A stretch of DNA of 64,000 bases from a virus (Duplodnaviria > Caudoviricetes): the IMG/VR virus record IMGVR_UViG_3300042914_002678. One strand, written 5' to 3'. This document shows, in pieces, positions 47,498 to 56,512 of this stretch. Position 1 is the first letter of the stretch; every line of letters begins with the position of its first letter. Position numbers and translations under genes: made by a program. The notes beneath the pieces are model-generated. The model was not told the DNA's origin, made no database searches, and worked only from the letters and a program-made list of their open reading frames with translations.

Positions 47498-47694
47498 TGG
47501 ATATTGATAAAGTAATTTCTATTATTAAAATTTTAAAAGAAGAAGGTGGAATGACCTTGGGTTCTGGACAAATTGCTGGAACACAAGAAGCAGGGGATGA
47601 CCCCCCAGTTGATTTGAGAAGAGGAAGAAGAAGAAATTGGAATCCTTTCTTTAAAGATCTTGCTAAAATGCAAAGAAGAAAACCACGACAATAA
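47497..47694 (+). CDS. Small protein with an acidic N-terminus and Arg-rich C-terminus
   Basis: MDIDKVISIIKILKEEGG...RRGRRR; TAATG coupling. Confidence 0.6.
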   Translation: MDIDKVISIIKILKEEGGMTLGSGQIAGTQEAGDDPPVDLRRGRRRNWNPFFKDLAKMQRRKPRQ

Positions 47695-47698
47695 AACA

Positions 47699-48118
47699 AT
47701 GTTCCCATCATCCACCGAAACAAAAATAGCACTACTTGAAGAGCGTATCAATGTTTATGAGCAGATGATGGAACGCATTGATACTGCAATTCAGAAGATA
47801 GGAGAGACAAGTCAAAATATTAGTCAAATGCTTGCCATTCATAATGAAAAGATTGAGCAGTGTAATCGAACAGACAATATTATTGTAAAGATGATTGAAG
47901 ATATCAAAGTATCATCAAAAGAGCAGCATGATCAAATAAGTGAAAAATTAAGTGAAAGAATAGAAAAGGTAGAAGAAAAAGTAGAAAGTATTTCAAAATT
48001 CAGATGGCAAGTACTGGGTGGTTTAGCAGTACTTGCCATTTTTATTAAATTTGCTCCACCTGCACTTAATCTCTTGACACCTCGTATTTCACCTGCTACA
48101 GTAGAAAGACTGAAATAA
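47699..48118 (+). CDS. Coiled-coil protein with a C-terminal transmembrane segment
   Basis: IALLEERI...WQVLGGLAVLAIFI. Confidence 0.7.
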   Translation: MFPSSTETKIALLEERINVYEQMMERIDTAIQKIGETSQNISQMLAIHNEKIEQCNRTDNIIVKMIEDIKVSSKEQHDQISEKLSERIEKVEEKVESISKFRWQVLGGLAVLAIFIKFAPPALNLLTPRISPATVERLK

Positions 48119-48130
48119 GCACCCTTCATA

Positions 48131-49102
48131 ATGGATTTTGTTGATTCTAAGTACATTGGATTAGTATCTTCGCGTCTACAAAAATTTAAAAGGGTCAAAT
48201 CGGATCTCTACAATTTTCGTTGTCCTATTTGTGGCGATTCTCAAAAAAACAAAAATAAGACAAGAGGTTATATTTACACCGTAAAAAATAATACCAATTT
48301 CAAGTGTCATAACTGTGGTGCCAGTTTATCATTCAATAACTTTCTCAAAGAAATAGATCTGAATCTTCATAAACAATATACTTTGGAGAAGTTTAAAGAA
48401 GGACATACTGGCAAAAATTTTGTGGTTGAAGAACCGAAGTTTGAGTTTACAAAACCATCTTTTAAAAAAAAGTTAGATCTTCCCAAAGCATCTGAGAATC
48501 CTATTTCTAAACAATATCTAGAAAATAGAAAACTTAATCCTGAAAAGTTTTATTTTGCTCACAAATTTAAAGAGTGGACAAATACTCAAAAGATTACATT
48601 CAGTACTGTTGGTAGAGATGAGAGTCGCATTATTATACCAATGTATGATACTGAAAATAACTTGATTGGTTTTCAGGGAAGAGCACTCGGTCCTAACCCT
48701 GTTAAATATATTACCGTGATGCTTTCTGATGATGCACCAAAAATTTATGGTCTTGATCAAGTGGATTCTTCGAAACCCATTTACATCGTTGAAGGACCCT
48801 TCGACTCCACGTTTGTACAAAATGCTGTTGCTATGTGTGGGTCCGACGTTGATATTGGGTCGTTTGGTTGGGGCGATTATATTTACGTTTTTGATAACGA
48901 ACCACGTAATCGAGAAATCGTCATCAGAATCGAAAAAACCATCAATAGAGGTGAAAAGGTAATTATTTGGCCAACAACCATCGAGCAAAAAGATATTAAT
49001 GATATGGTGCTCGCTGGACTTAATGTTATGAATGTGTTAAAATCAAATACATACACAGGTTTAGAAGCAAAAATTAAGTTTAACAACTGGAAAAAAATAT
49101 GA
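48131..49102 (+). CDS. gp61: DNA primase
   Basis: FRCPICGDS, FKCHNCG, IVEGPFDS, FDNEPRN, KDINDM. Confidence 0.96.
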   Translation: MDFVDSKYIGLVSSRLQKFKRVKSDLYNFRCPICGDSQKNKNKTRGYIYTVKNNTNFKCHNCGASLSFNNFLKEIDLNLHKQYTLEKFKEGHTGKNFVVEEPKFEFTKPSFKKKLDLPKASENPISKQYLENRKLNPEKFYFAHKFKEWTNTQKITFSTVGRDESRIIIPMYDTENNLIGFQGRALGPNPVKYITVMLSDDAPKIYGLDQVDSSKPIYIVEGPFDSTFVQNAVAMCGSDVDIGSFGWGDYIYVFDNEPRNREIVIRIEKTINRGEKVIIWPTTIEQKDINDMVLAGLNVMNVLKSNTYTGLEAKIKFNNWKKI

Positions 49103-51399
49103 GCAACGGAACGAAAGTCGTCAAAAGGAACGGTAAAACTGAACCTCTTGATTTAAATAAACTTCATATCATGGTAGAAGAGGCGTGTAAGGACCTCGCA
49201 AATGTTTCTGCATCACAGGTTGAGATGCAGTCTGGTATTCAATTTTATGACGGCATTACAACCGCAGAGATTCAAGAGATTCTGATTCGTTCTGCTTCTG
49301 ACCTGATTGATCTGGAGCATCCCAATTATCAGTTCGTTGCCGCCCGTCTTTTGTTGTTTGCCCTTCGCAAGCAACTGTTTGGTGGAATGTATGAATGCCC
49401 TACCGTAAAGAAGCACGTAGAGCGTTGTGTGGGTAGGGGTGTATATGACTCAGAAATTATCTCATTGTATTCTGATGAAGAGTTTGATAAACTTCAATCG
49501 TTTATTGATCATAGTCGTGACTATCTGTTCACTTATGCAGGGTTACGTCAAGTCGTTGATAAGTACCTAGTGCAAGACAGAAGCACTGGAGTACTTTACG
49601 AAACTCCACAGTTTATGTACCTTTTGATTGCAGCGACTATCTTCTCCAAATATCCAAAGGAAACACGTTTAGACTACGTTAAAAAGTACTATGACGCAAT
49701 CTCAAGACACCGAATCAACATTCCAACCCCCATCATGGCGGGAGTGCGAACACCACTTAGACAATATGCTAGTTGTGTTCTTGTTGACGTTGATGACACC
49801 CTCGATAGTATCTTTACTAGCGATATGGCTATTGGCAGATATGTTGCACAAAGGGCGGGTATCGGTATCAACGCAGGTAGAATCCGTGGCATCAACGCTA
49901 AAATCAGAGGCGGAGAAGTACAGCATACGGGCGTTGTCCCTTTCCTCAAGAAGTTTGAAGCAACTGTCCGATGCTGCACTCAGAATGGCATCAGAGGTGG
50001 ATCAGCAACTGTCCACTTTCCAATCTGGCACCAAGAGATAGAAGATATCCTAGTATTAAAAAATAACAAAGGAACCGAAGATAACCGTGTTCGTAAGTTA
50101 GACTACAGTATTCAAATCTCCAAACTATTCTATGAACGATTCATTCAAAACGGAGAAGTCTCTCTCTTCTCTCCACACGACGTTCCTGGTCTGTATGATG
50201 CTTTTGGGACTGATAGATTTGACGATTTGTATGTTGATGCAGAACGAAATGAGTCTATTCCTAGAAAAACTATCGGAGCTCAAGAACTCTTTCTGGACCT
50301 CCTGAAAGAACGTGCGGAAACTGGTCGTATTTACATTATGAATATTGACCACTGTAATTCCCACTCTTCCTTCTTGGATAAGGTTGAGATGAGTAATCTT
50401 TGTCAAGAAATTACTCTGCCAACCAAACCACTTCAACATATTGATGATACTGATGGGGAAATTGCTCTCTGTATTCTTAGTGCTATTAACGTTGGAAAAA
50501 TTAGGGATCACGAAGATCTTGAAGTTCTTTGCGATCTTGCTGTTAGGAGTCTTGATGAACTCATTGATTTTCAAGGATATCCCGTCAAAGCAGCAGAAAT
50601 CGCCACGAGGGCACGTCGTTCACTTGGGGTAGGTTTTATTGGTCTGGCACACTATCTCGCCAAGCACGGGGAGCATTATGATGATCCTGGTGCATGGAAA
50701 CTGGTTCATGATCTGACTGAGGCATTTCAATATTATCTGATTCAAGCAACTGTTGATCTTGCCAAAGAAAAGGGTGCATGTGAATATTCACATAGAACCA
50801 AATACGGTAATGGCATTCTCCCTATAGATACTTACAAGAGAGATGTGGACGAAATTGTACCTAACGAACTTAAGTATGATTGGGAATCGCTTCGTGAGCG
50901 GGTCAAGCAGTACGGAGTACGGAACAGCACGTTGTCCGCACAGATGCCTTCGGAGAGCAGTTCCGTTGTGTCAAATGCAACCAACGGAATCGAACCACCT
51001 CGCGGATACTTGTCCATTAAGAAGTCGAAGAAGGGTCCACTCAAGCAGATTGTTCCACAGTATCAAACGCTTAAGAACAATTATACGCTTCTGTGGGATA
51101 TGCCTAGCAATCGTGGGTATATTCATATTGTTGCTGTTATGCAAAAATTCTTCGATCAAGCGATTTCTGGAAACTGGTCCTATAATCCAGAAAATTACCC
51201 AGATAATGAAGTTCCTGTTAGTGTAATGGCACACGATATGCTTGAAACTTATCGTCTGGGACACAAAACAGCATATTATCAAAATACTTATGACCATAAA
51301 ACTGATGAAGTAGTTGAAGAACCAAAACAAGAACTACAATCTCTTCTTGATGATATTATGAGTTCTGACGAAGAAAGTTGTGAAAGTTGTACAATCTAA
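49099..51399 (+). CDS. nrdA: Ribonucleotide reductase class Ia, alpha subunit
   Basis: ATP cone, TPIMAG, ASCVL, SNLCQEI, AQMPSESSS, C-terminal CESC. Confidence 0.98.
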   Translation: MSNGTKVVKRNGKTEPLDLNKLHIMVEEACKDLANVSASQVEMQSGIQFYDGITTAEIQEILIRSASDLIDLEHPNYQFVAARLLLFALRKQLFGGMYECPTVKKHVERCVGRGVYDSEIISLYSDEEFDKLQSFIDHSRDYLFTYAGLRQVVDKYLVQDRSTGVLYETPQFMYLLIAATIFSKYPKETRLDYVKKYYDAISRHRINIPTPIMAGVRTPLRQYASCVLVDVDDTLDSIFTSDMAIGRYVAQRAGIGINAGRIRGINAKIRGGEVQHTGVVPFLKKFEATVRCCTQNGIRGGSATVHFPIWHQEIEDILVLKNNKGTEDNRVRKLDYSIQISKLFYERFIQNGEVSLFSPHDVPGLYDAFGTDRFDDLYVDAERNESIPRKTIGAQELFLDLLKERAETGRIYIMNIDHCNSHSSFLDKVEMSNLCQEITLPTKPLQHIDDTDGEIALCILSAINVGKIRDHEDLEVLCDLAVRSLDELIDFQGYPVKAAEIATRARRSLGVGFIGLAHYLAKHGEHYDDPGAWKLVHDLTEAFQYYLIQATVDLAKEKGACEYSHRTKYGNGILPIDTYKRDVDEIVPNELKYDWESLRERVKQYGVRNSTLSAQMPSESSSVVSNATNGIEPPRGYLSIKKSKKGPLKQIVPQYQTLKNNYTLLWDMPSNRGYIHIVAVMQKFFDQAISGNWSYNPENYPDNEVPVSVMAHDMLETYRLGHKTAYYQNTYDHKTDEVVEEPKQELQSLLDDIMSSDEESCESCTI

Positions 51400-51444
51400 G
51401 TTTATTAAATATAACAGTGTTGGTTAGTTTAGAAGAGAAAAATT

Positions 51445-52626
51445 ATGACTTTTAGTTTTAAAACAAGTTTAGAGGATAGAAAAGTGATCAATCAAATGAC
51501 AGTTTTCAACTCCGAAGAAGTTGATACTAAGAAACAACCAATGTTTTTTGGTCAACCGCTTGGAATTCAGAGATATGATTCTTATAAGTATCCAATCTTT
51601 GATAAACTCACAACACAGCAATTAGGATATTTCTGGAGACCTGAGGAGGTCTCCCTCCAAAAGGATCGTGGAGATTATCAATCCCTTCGCCCCGAACAAA
51701 AACACATTTTTACCAGCAACCTGAAGTATCAGGTGATGCTGGACTCTGTTCAGGGTCGCGGACCTGGTATGGCATTTGCACCATACTGTTCACTTCCCGA
51801 ACTGGAGGCGTGTATGAAGGTTTGGGAGTTTATGGAGATGATCCACTCCCGCTCATACACCTATATTATCAAGAATGTCTATTCAGATCCATCTGAAGTT
51901 TTTGATACGATTTTAAAAGAGGATCGTATTATGGAACGTGCTGTCAGTGTAACTGAGGCATATAATGACTTCATTAATAGTGCTCAACATTATGGGACTT
52001 CTGAACTTTGGAAACATGCCCAAGAACAAGTTCCCTACGCCCAGGCAGAAAGGTATGAACTCAAACGAAAACTTTTCAGAGCAGTTGCAAACGTTAATAT
52101 TCTTGAAGGTATTCGCTTTTATGTCAGTTTCGCTTGCAGTTTTGCATTTGGCGAACTCAAACTTATGGAAGGAAGTGCAAAAATCATCTCACTAATTGCT
52201 AGAGATGAAAATCAGCACCTTGTCATCACTCAAAACATTCTTAACAAGTGGAAGGAAGGTGATGATCCTGATATGAAGAAAATCTCACAAGAAGAAGAGC
52301 AATGGGTCTACAAGACCTTTGAGAACGCTGTCAATCAAGAAAAACTTTGGGCAGAGTATCTGTTCAAGGATGGATCTATGATTGGTTTGAATGACAAACT
52401 GTTACAGCAGTATGTTGAATGGATTGCTAATCGTAGAATGAAGGCGATTGGTCTTCGCCCACTTTATGATATTCCTGCTAAGAATAATCCACTTCCTTGG
52501 ACTGAGCATTGGATTTCTTCTAAGGGACTTCAAGTGGCACCCCAGGAAACGGAAGTTGAATCATACATAGTAGGTGGGATTAAACAAGATGTTACCAAAG
52601 ATACTTTCTCAGGATTCCAATTATGA
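51445..52626 (+). CDS. nrdB: Ribonucleotide reductase class Ia, beta subunit
   Basis: FWRPEEV, EMIHSRSY, EGIRFY, RDENQH, APQETE. Confidence 0.98.
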   Translation: MTFSFKTSLEDRKVINQMTVFNSEEVDTKKQPMFFGQPLGIQRYDSYKYPIFDKLTTQQLGYFWRPEEVSLQKDRGDYQSLRPEQKHIFTSNLKYQVMLDSVQGRGPGMAFAPYCSLPELEACMKVWEFMEMIHSRSYTYIIKNVYSDPSEVFDTILKEDRIMERAVSVTEAYNDFINSAQHYGTSELWKHAQEQVPYAQAERYELKRKLFRAVANVNILEGIRFYVSFACSFAFGELKLMEGSAKIISLIARDENQHLVITQNILNKWKEGDDPDMKKISQEEEQWVYKTFENAVNQEKLWAEYLFKDGSMIGLNDKLLQQYVEWIANRRMKAIGLRPLYDIPAKNNPLPWTEHWISSKGLQVAPQETEVESYIVGGIKQDVTKDTFSGFQL

Positions 52627-52750
52627 TGAATGGGTGGAACAAGATATCATAAACGCATATAAGAATGCAGCAGAAGCAGATGAATTTCTGTTTGGTGATT
52701 ATGACTATGAGACAGAATGGTTAGGTAAAAAAACTGATGATGTAAACTGA
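52589..52750 (+). CDS. Small acidic protein (53 aa) overlapping the nrdB end
   Basis: Read by hand: MLPKILSQDSNYDEWVEQDIINAYKNAAEADEFLFGDYDY... Confidence 0.55.
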   Translation: MLPKILSQDSNYDEWVEQDIINAYKNAAEADEFLFGDYDYETEWLGKKTDDVN

Positions 52751-52780
52751 GGGTCTTCGGACCCTCTTTTTTTATAAATA
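52749..52780 (+). terminator. UUCG terminator fused to a late promoter (TATAAATA 52773-52780)
   Basis: gagggtc-TTCG-gaccctc, T7, ataaata. Confidence 0.9.
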
Positions 52781-52810
52781 TTCGTAGGAATCTCTATAAG
52801 TATAAAGAAA

Positions 52811-54295
52811 ATGCTCCCATCTGATATCAAAGATTTGTACAAATCATATCAATCAATTTATCAGCAAGAAGACGATGATATTTCTTCTGAAATGATTGAA
52901 GAGATTGTTGAAGAACTAGTAGAAGAATGTTTAGAGTTTGGATATACTCTCGATGAAGCAACTAATGCCATTCAAGAAGCGGCAGAAATCTATTTTGATG
53001 CCGAAGAACTTGAAGAAGCAAAAGTAACTTACGGTAGCGATACTGAGAGTCCAGAAGAAAGAACTGCAAGAGCAAAAGAAAGACTTGGTGGAAGAAAAGC
53101 AACAGCACGTAAGGCAGCGGTAAAAGGCGCTGTAGAGCGTGTTAAAACAAAGGCAAAGGGCATTAAGGCAGGTGTTGAAATTGCAGGTTCAATCGCCAAG
53201 GATGAGGCAAGAAGAGCAGGACGTGGCGCTCTTCATGCAGTTGGCAAAGCTGCTAGTGCTGTTGCAAGTGCTCCTGGCAAGGCAGTTACAGCGGTCACAG
53301 ACGCTGCTAGAGCGAAGAAGGCAGAAGTTAAGCAGGGTGTTAAGAGCCTGCTTGGAAGGGGTCTCCGTAAGGCAGCAGGCGCTGCTGGTGTAGTTGCCCA
53401 GAAGGCACGTAAAGCAGGTGCTGCTGCTGGTAGAGCTGCTGAAAGACTTGGTGAATCTTCAATTAATGAAGAGCCATCTCTTGGTAATATAAAAGCAACG
53501 ATGGCGACACAGAGATCTGCACAAAATGCCGCAGGGATGAGAGGACCTGAATTAACTCATGGTGCAAAACCAGCATCTACTGGATCTCCAAAAGCAGCAG
53601 GATCTGCAACATCAGGTTCTGCTGTAACTCAACCAAGAAGCAGAGAGTTCTCTCATGGCACTAAACCATTAAAATCAGTTGTAAAGGGTGGGCTTACAAT
53701 GTCTTATGAACCAGAAGGTGAAAATGTTGATGAAAATGTTGGTGGGTCAGTAAAAATGAAACCAGGTTCTGGACTGGGTGGCGGAACTCCAGTTTATCCA
53801 AAAGGACAAGAACCAAAAGCAACTGGCGCCAAATTGCCAAGTCTTCAAAATGCACATTATGAATATAGTGAAAATGATATCTATGATTTAGTTATGGAAT
53901 ACTTGCTTGATACTGAGCAGGCTGAAACAATTTCCGAAGCTCAATATATTATGTCACAAATGGATGTCGAAATGATTACTAATATCGTAGAAGAAACAAC
54001 GACTGAAAAACTTGCAAGAAGAGCAAGTGAAAAAGCAGAAGAACCAGGGGCAAAAACAACTTATAAGCCTCAAGGTCCTGGATTCAAAAATCCAAGATCA
54101 AAAGCATCAATCATGAATCAAATTGCAGGAAGAGCAAAATCTAGAACAGAGCACGGTGTAGATTCACAATATGGTGAGGGAACTCCTCAACATAGTGAGC
54201 AACCAAGACGTGGTGGAAGGGCTGGTAGAGGGTCTAAAACTGATAGACCAGGAACTGCAAATATGCCAAATCCAAATAGAAAACCAAAAAATTGA
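52811..54295 (+). CDS. Large modular protein of the acidic-module family
   Basis: DLYKSYQSIY, Ala/Lys-rich cargo, MSYEPEGE, LQNAHY, divergent module YLLDTEQAETISEAQYIMSQM. Confidence 0.8.
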   Translation: MLPSDIKDLYKSYQSIYQQEDDDISSEMIEEIVEELVEECLEFGYTLDEATNAIQEAAEIYFDAEELEEAKVTYGSDTESPEERTARAKERLGGRKATARKAAVKGAVERVKTKAKGIKAGVEIAGSIAKDEARRAGRGALHAVGKAASAVASAPGKAVTAVTDAARAKKAEVKQGVKSLLGRGLRKAAGAAGVVAQKARKAGAAAGRAAERLGESSINEEPSLGNIKATMATQRSAQNAAGMRGPELTHGAKPASTGSPKAAGSATSGSAVTQPRSREFSHGTKPLKSVVKGGLTMSYEPEGENVDENVGGSVKMKPGSGLGGGTPVYPKGQEPKATGAKLPSLQNAHYEYSENDIYDLVMEYLLDTEQAETISEAQYIMSQMDVEMITNIVEETTTEKLARRASEKAEEPGAKTTYKPQGPGFKNPRSKASIMNQIAGRAKSRTEHGVDSQYGEGTPQHSEQPRRGGRAGRGSKTDRPGTANMPNPNRKPKN

Positions 54296-54311
54296 TTTTA
54301 ATTTGCATATT

Positions 54312-54336
54312 AGGGAGGGCAATTTCTCCCTTTTTT
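54312..54336. terminator. Terminator between convergent genes
   Basis: agggag...ctccct followed by a T-run. Confidence 0.6.
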
Positions 54337-54337
54337 A

Positions 54338-54670
54338 TTATCTAGTTATTGCCTTTTTAACAAATACTTCCCCTTCAACTGCTCTCGTTTTAATACCTGA
54401 TTTTATCAATACTAAGTCGTATTGATAGACTCCAGGTTTTATTTGTGATGTTTGTGTTGCTGCCAATGCTACTTTAACTTCTCCAGTTTCTTGATTCGGA
54501 AAAGAAACAGTAAATGATACAGAAGAATCGGAATCGCTATTCTTCTTTATTTTTGATGAAGCAGTATATCCAACAAGATTAAGAGGGGAATTATCAACAT
54601 TTGTTAGTTCAAATGTTTGTTCAAAATCTACGTCGGTGTATACTACAAGATTTGATATGTAAATTGCCAT
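54338..54670 (-). CDS. Probable virion structural protein (paralog of the next gene)
   Basis: DFEQTFEL...LNLVGYTASSKIKK...GVYQYDLVL...EGEVFV. Confidence 0.7.
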   Translation of the reverse strand: MAIYISNLVVYTDVDFEQTFELTNVDNSPLNLVGYTASSKIKKNSDSDSSVSFTVSFPNQETGEVKVALAATQTSQIKPGVYQYDLVLIKSGIKTRAVEGEVFVKKAITR

Positions 54671-54676
54671 TTTTTC

Positions 54677-55018
54677 TTATGCGGTGATTCCAGATCTTAC
54701 AAAAATCATACCTTCCATAATTACAGATTTTTTTCCAGTTGTATTATTTTTGAGGACAACATCATAGACATATCTTCCTTCTTTAATATTTGTTGTTATA
54801 GTAGATCCCAAAGATAATGTTAACTCTCCAGCGGATGGGTTGCTAAAACTTATTCCAAACCCAGCGACAATATTTCTAGATTCCGGATGTTTTCTAATAT
54901 ATGAAGAAGCTGCATATCCAGACAAAACTATTGGCACATCTGAAGTTGATTCAAAATTCAAATTTTGTGAAAAATCAACACCTTGATTAATTACAAAATT
55001 TCTGACGTAAACTGTCAT
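54677..55018 (-). CDS. Probable virion structural protein (tandem paralog)
   Basis: DFSQNLNF...LSGYAASSYIRKH...GRYVYDVVL...EGMIFV; GATAAATA upstream on the minus strand. Confidence 0.7.
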   Translation of the reverse strand: MTVYVRNFVINQGVDFSQNLNFESTSDVPIVLSGYAASSYIRKHPESRNIVAGFGISFSNPSAGELTLSLGSTITTNIKEGRYVYDVVLKNNTTGKKSVIMEGMIFVRSGITA

Positions 55019-55052
55019 TATTATAAGTCTTTATTAGATATTTATCAAGGGC

Positions 55053-55082
55053 TTGACAAAACCATTGGAATATACCTAGAAT
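55053..55082 (+). promoter_or_regulatory. Sigma70-type promoter
   Basis: TTGACA-N18-TAGAAT. Confidence 0.6.
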
Positions 55083-55129
55083 AGGTTTGTCTCCTTTGAA
55101 GATAAATAATAGCTCTATAAGATTATGAT

Positions 55130-55579
55130 ATGAGCTATGAGAATCCTTGGTTGTATAAAAGCCAAGTTTTTGAGACTGATAATATTGGGGATTACTTTGG
55201 TTTTGTTTATTTGATTACCAATAAGACCACCGGTAAAAAATATATTGGAAGAAAGTATCTGTGGTCTTATAGAACTCCTCCAGGAAAAAAGAGAAGAATA
55301 AAACAAGAATCAGATTGGAAAAAGTATTATGGTTCTTGTCCGGAATTAAAAGAAGATATTAAAAAGTATGGAAAAGAGATCTTCAGTAGAGAAATATTAA
55401 GTCTTCATAACACAAAAGGTGACTGTAACTATGAAGAAACAAAACAACTTTTCCTAAATAATGTGTTGAAAGAGTCTCTTGACGATGGGGGACCAGCGTA
55501 CTACAATAGCAATATTCTAGGTCGCTACATGCGAAAAGATTATGGCAACTTTGGAACAAACTCTTCGGAATACACATGA
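55130..55579 (+). CDS. GIY-YIG family endonuclease of the conserved cyanophage type
   Basis: GFVYLITNKTTGKKYIGRK, WKKYYGS, YEETKQ. Confidence 0.85.
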   Translation: MSYENPWLYKSQVFETDNIGDYFGFVYLITNKTTGKKYIGRKYLWSYRTPPGKKRRIKQESDWKKYYGSCPELKEDIKKYGKEIFSREILSLHNTKGDCNYEETKQLFLNNVLKESLDDGGPAYYNSNILGRYMRKDYGNFGTNSSEYT

Positions 55580-55739
55580 TTGGGCAATTGATCGTATTCA
55601 TACTTTATCTGAAAAAGATATTGAAAATGCCCATGCGATTCAATCTGAGTTTAGTGAATGGTTGAATCCGAATATTTCAGATCATGATATCTATTCATTA
55701 GAGTACTTAGGAGAGAATGATGACCTTAGATCTTCATAA
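55542..55739 (+). CDS. Hypothetical protein
   Basis: ORF, HDWAIDRI...EFSEW. Confidence 0.6.
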   Translation: MATLEQTLRNTHDWAIDRIHTLSEKDIENAHAIQSEFSEWLNPNISDHDIYSLEYLGENDDLRSS

Positions 55740-56391
55740 CTTTTTCAAATTTTACGACGATAATAATTCAAATCATGTAGCAGCAGTTCAGTGGTTAGAA
55801 GACAATCTTCCTGCTCAATTCCTTGATGATTCAGAAGCAGATTGGATTGGAATTTTTAGAACTAAGCCACCTACACCAGCAGTTCTGAATGTTCCTTACT
55901 TCAATCAAGTAGACAATTACAGAGATGCACAAAGAACTTGTAACAGTTCGTCATGTGCTATGTGCCTTGCTTTCCTCAAGCCAGGAAGCATTAAAGGTGA
56001 TGACGAGTATGTTAAGAAAGTATTTGCAATTGGCGATACTACTGACCATGCGGTACAAACGAAAGTTCTCGCAGGTTATGGAATTAAGTCACACTTTAGT
56101 TACAATCTTTCTTTTGCTGACATTGATAAGAGTCTTGATGCTGGGAAACCTGTTGTTATTGGTATCTTGCACAGGGGTTCTTTATCTGCACCTACTGGTG
56201 GGCACATGTGTGTTGTAATTGGTAAGACTCCAGATGGTAAAGGATATTATATCAATGACCCCTATGGTTCATTGAACGATAACTATACTGGTCCAGTTAC
56301 AAACGGTAAGAAGACTATTTACACAAAAGCAGTTCTTAAGCATCGTTGGTGCCCAGGAGGTAACGATGGATGGGGCAGAATCTTCGATTAA
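55717..56391 (+). CDS. C39-like cysteine peptidase (putative endolysin) with a shared N-terminal module
   Basis: LNVPYFNQ, TCNSSSCAM (Cys), GGHM (His), INDPYG (Asp). Confidence 0.85.
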   Translation: MMTLDLHNFFKFYDDNNSNHVAAVQWLEDNLPAQFLDDSEADWIGIFRTKPPTPAVLNVPYFNQVDNYRDAQRTCNSSSCAMCLAFLKPGSIKGDDEYVKKVFAIGDTTDHAVQTKVLAGYGIKSHFSYNLSFADIDKSLDAGKPVVIGILHRGSLSAPTGGHMCVVIGKTPDGKGYYINDPYGSLNDNYTGPVTNGKKTIYTKAVLKHRWCPGGNDGWGRIFD

Positions 56392-56512
56392 TTTTAAAAG
56401 AAAGATGCTTAAAGTGATCAAAGATCTTACAAATAATGGTAGGCACCTAGAAGCAAACGAACTTTATCAACGGTATTTCGGAGACAACAATGGCAAGAAT
56501 CGATCTACATAA
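56366..56512 (+). CDS. Small hypothetical protein bridging the peptidase and lysozyme genes
   Basis: Read by hand: ...FKRKMLKVIKDLTNNGRHLEANELYQRYFGDNNGKNRST. Confidence 0.4.
   Translation: MDGAESSINFKRKMLKVIKDLTNNGRHLEANELYQRYFGDNNGKNRST

Noticed and set aside
49099-52626. Possible group I introns or inteins in nrdA/nrdB (also checked gp43, gp17, gp41)
   Set aside because: The ORFs are continuous, of normal length, and show no intein or intron signatures.
55130-55579. GIY-YIG gene counted as a mobile homing endonuclease
   Set aside because: It is short, lacks NUMOD DNA-binding repeats, has a sigma70-type promoter and resembles the conserved cyanophage nuclease, so I treated it as a resident gene.
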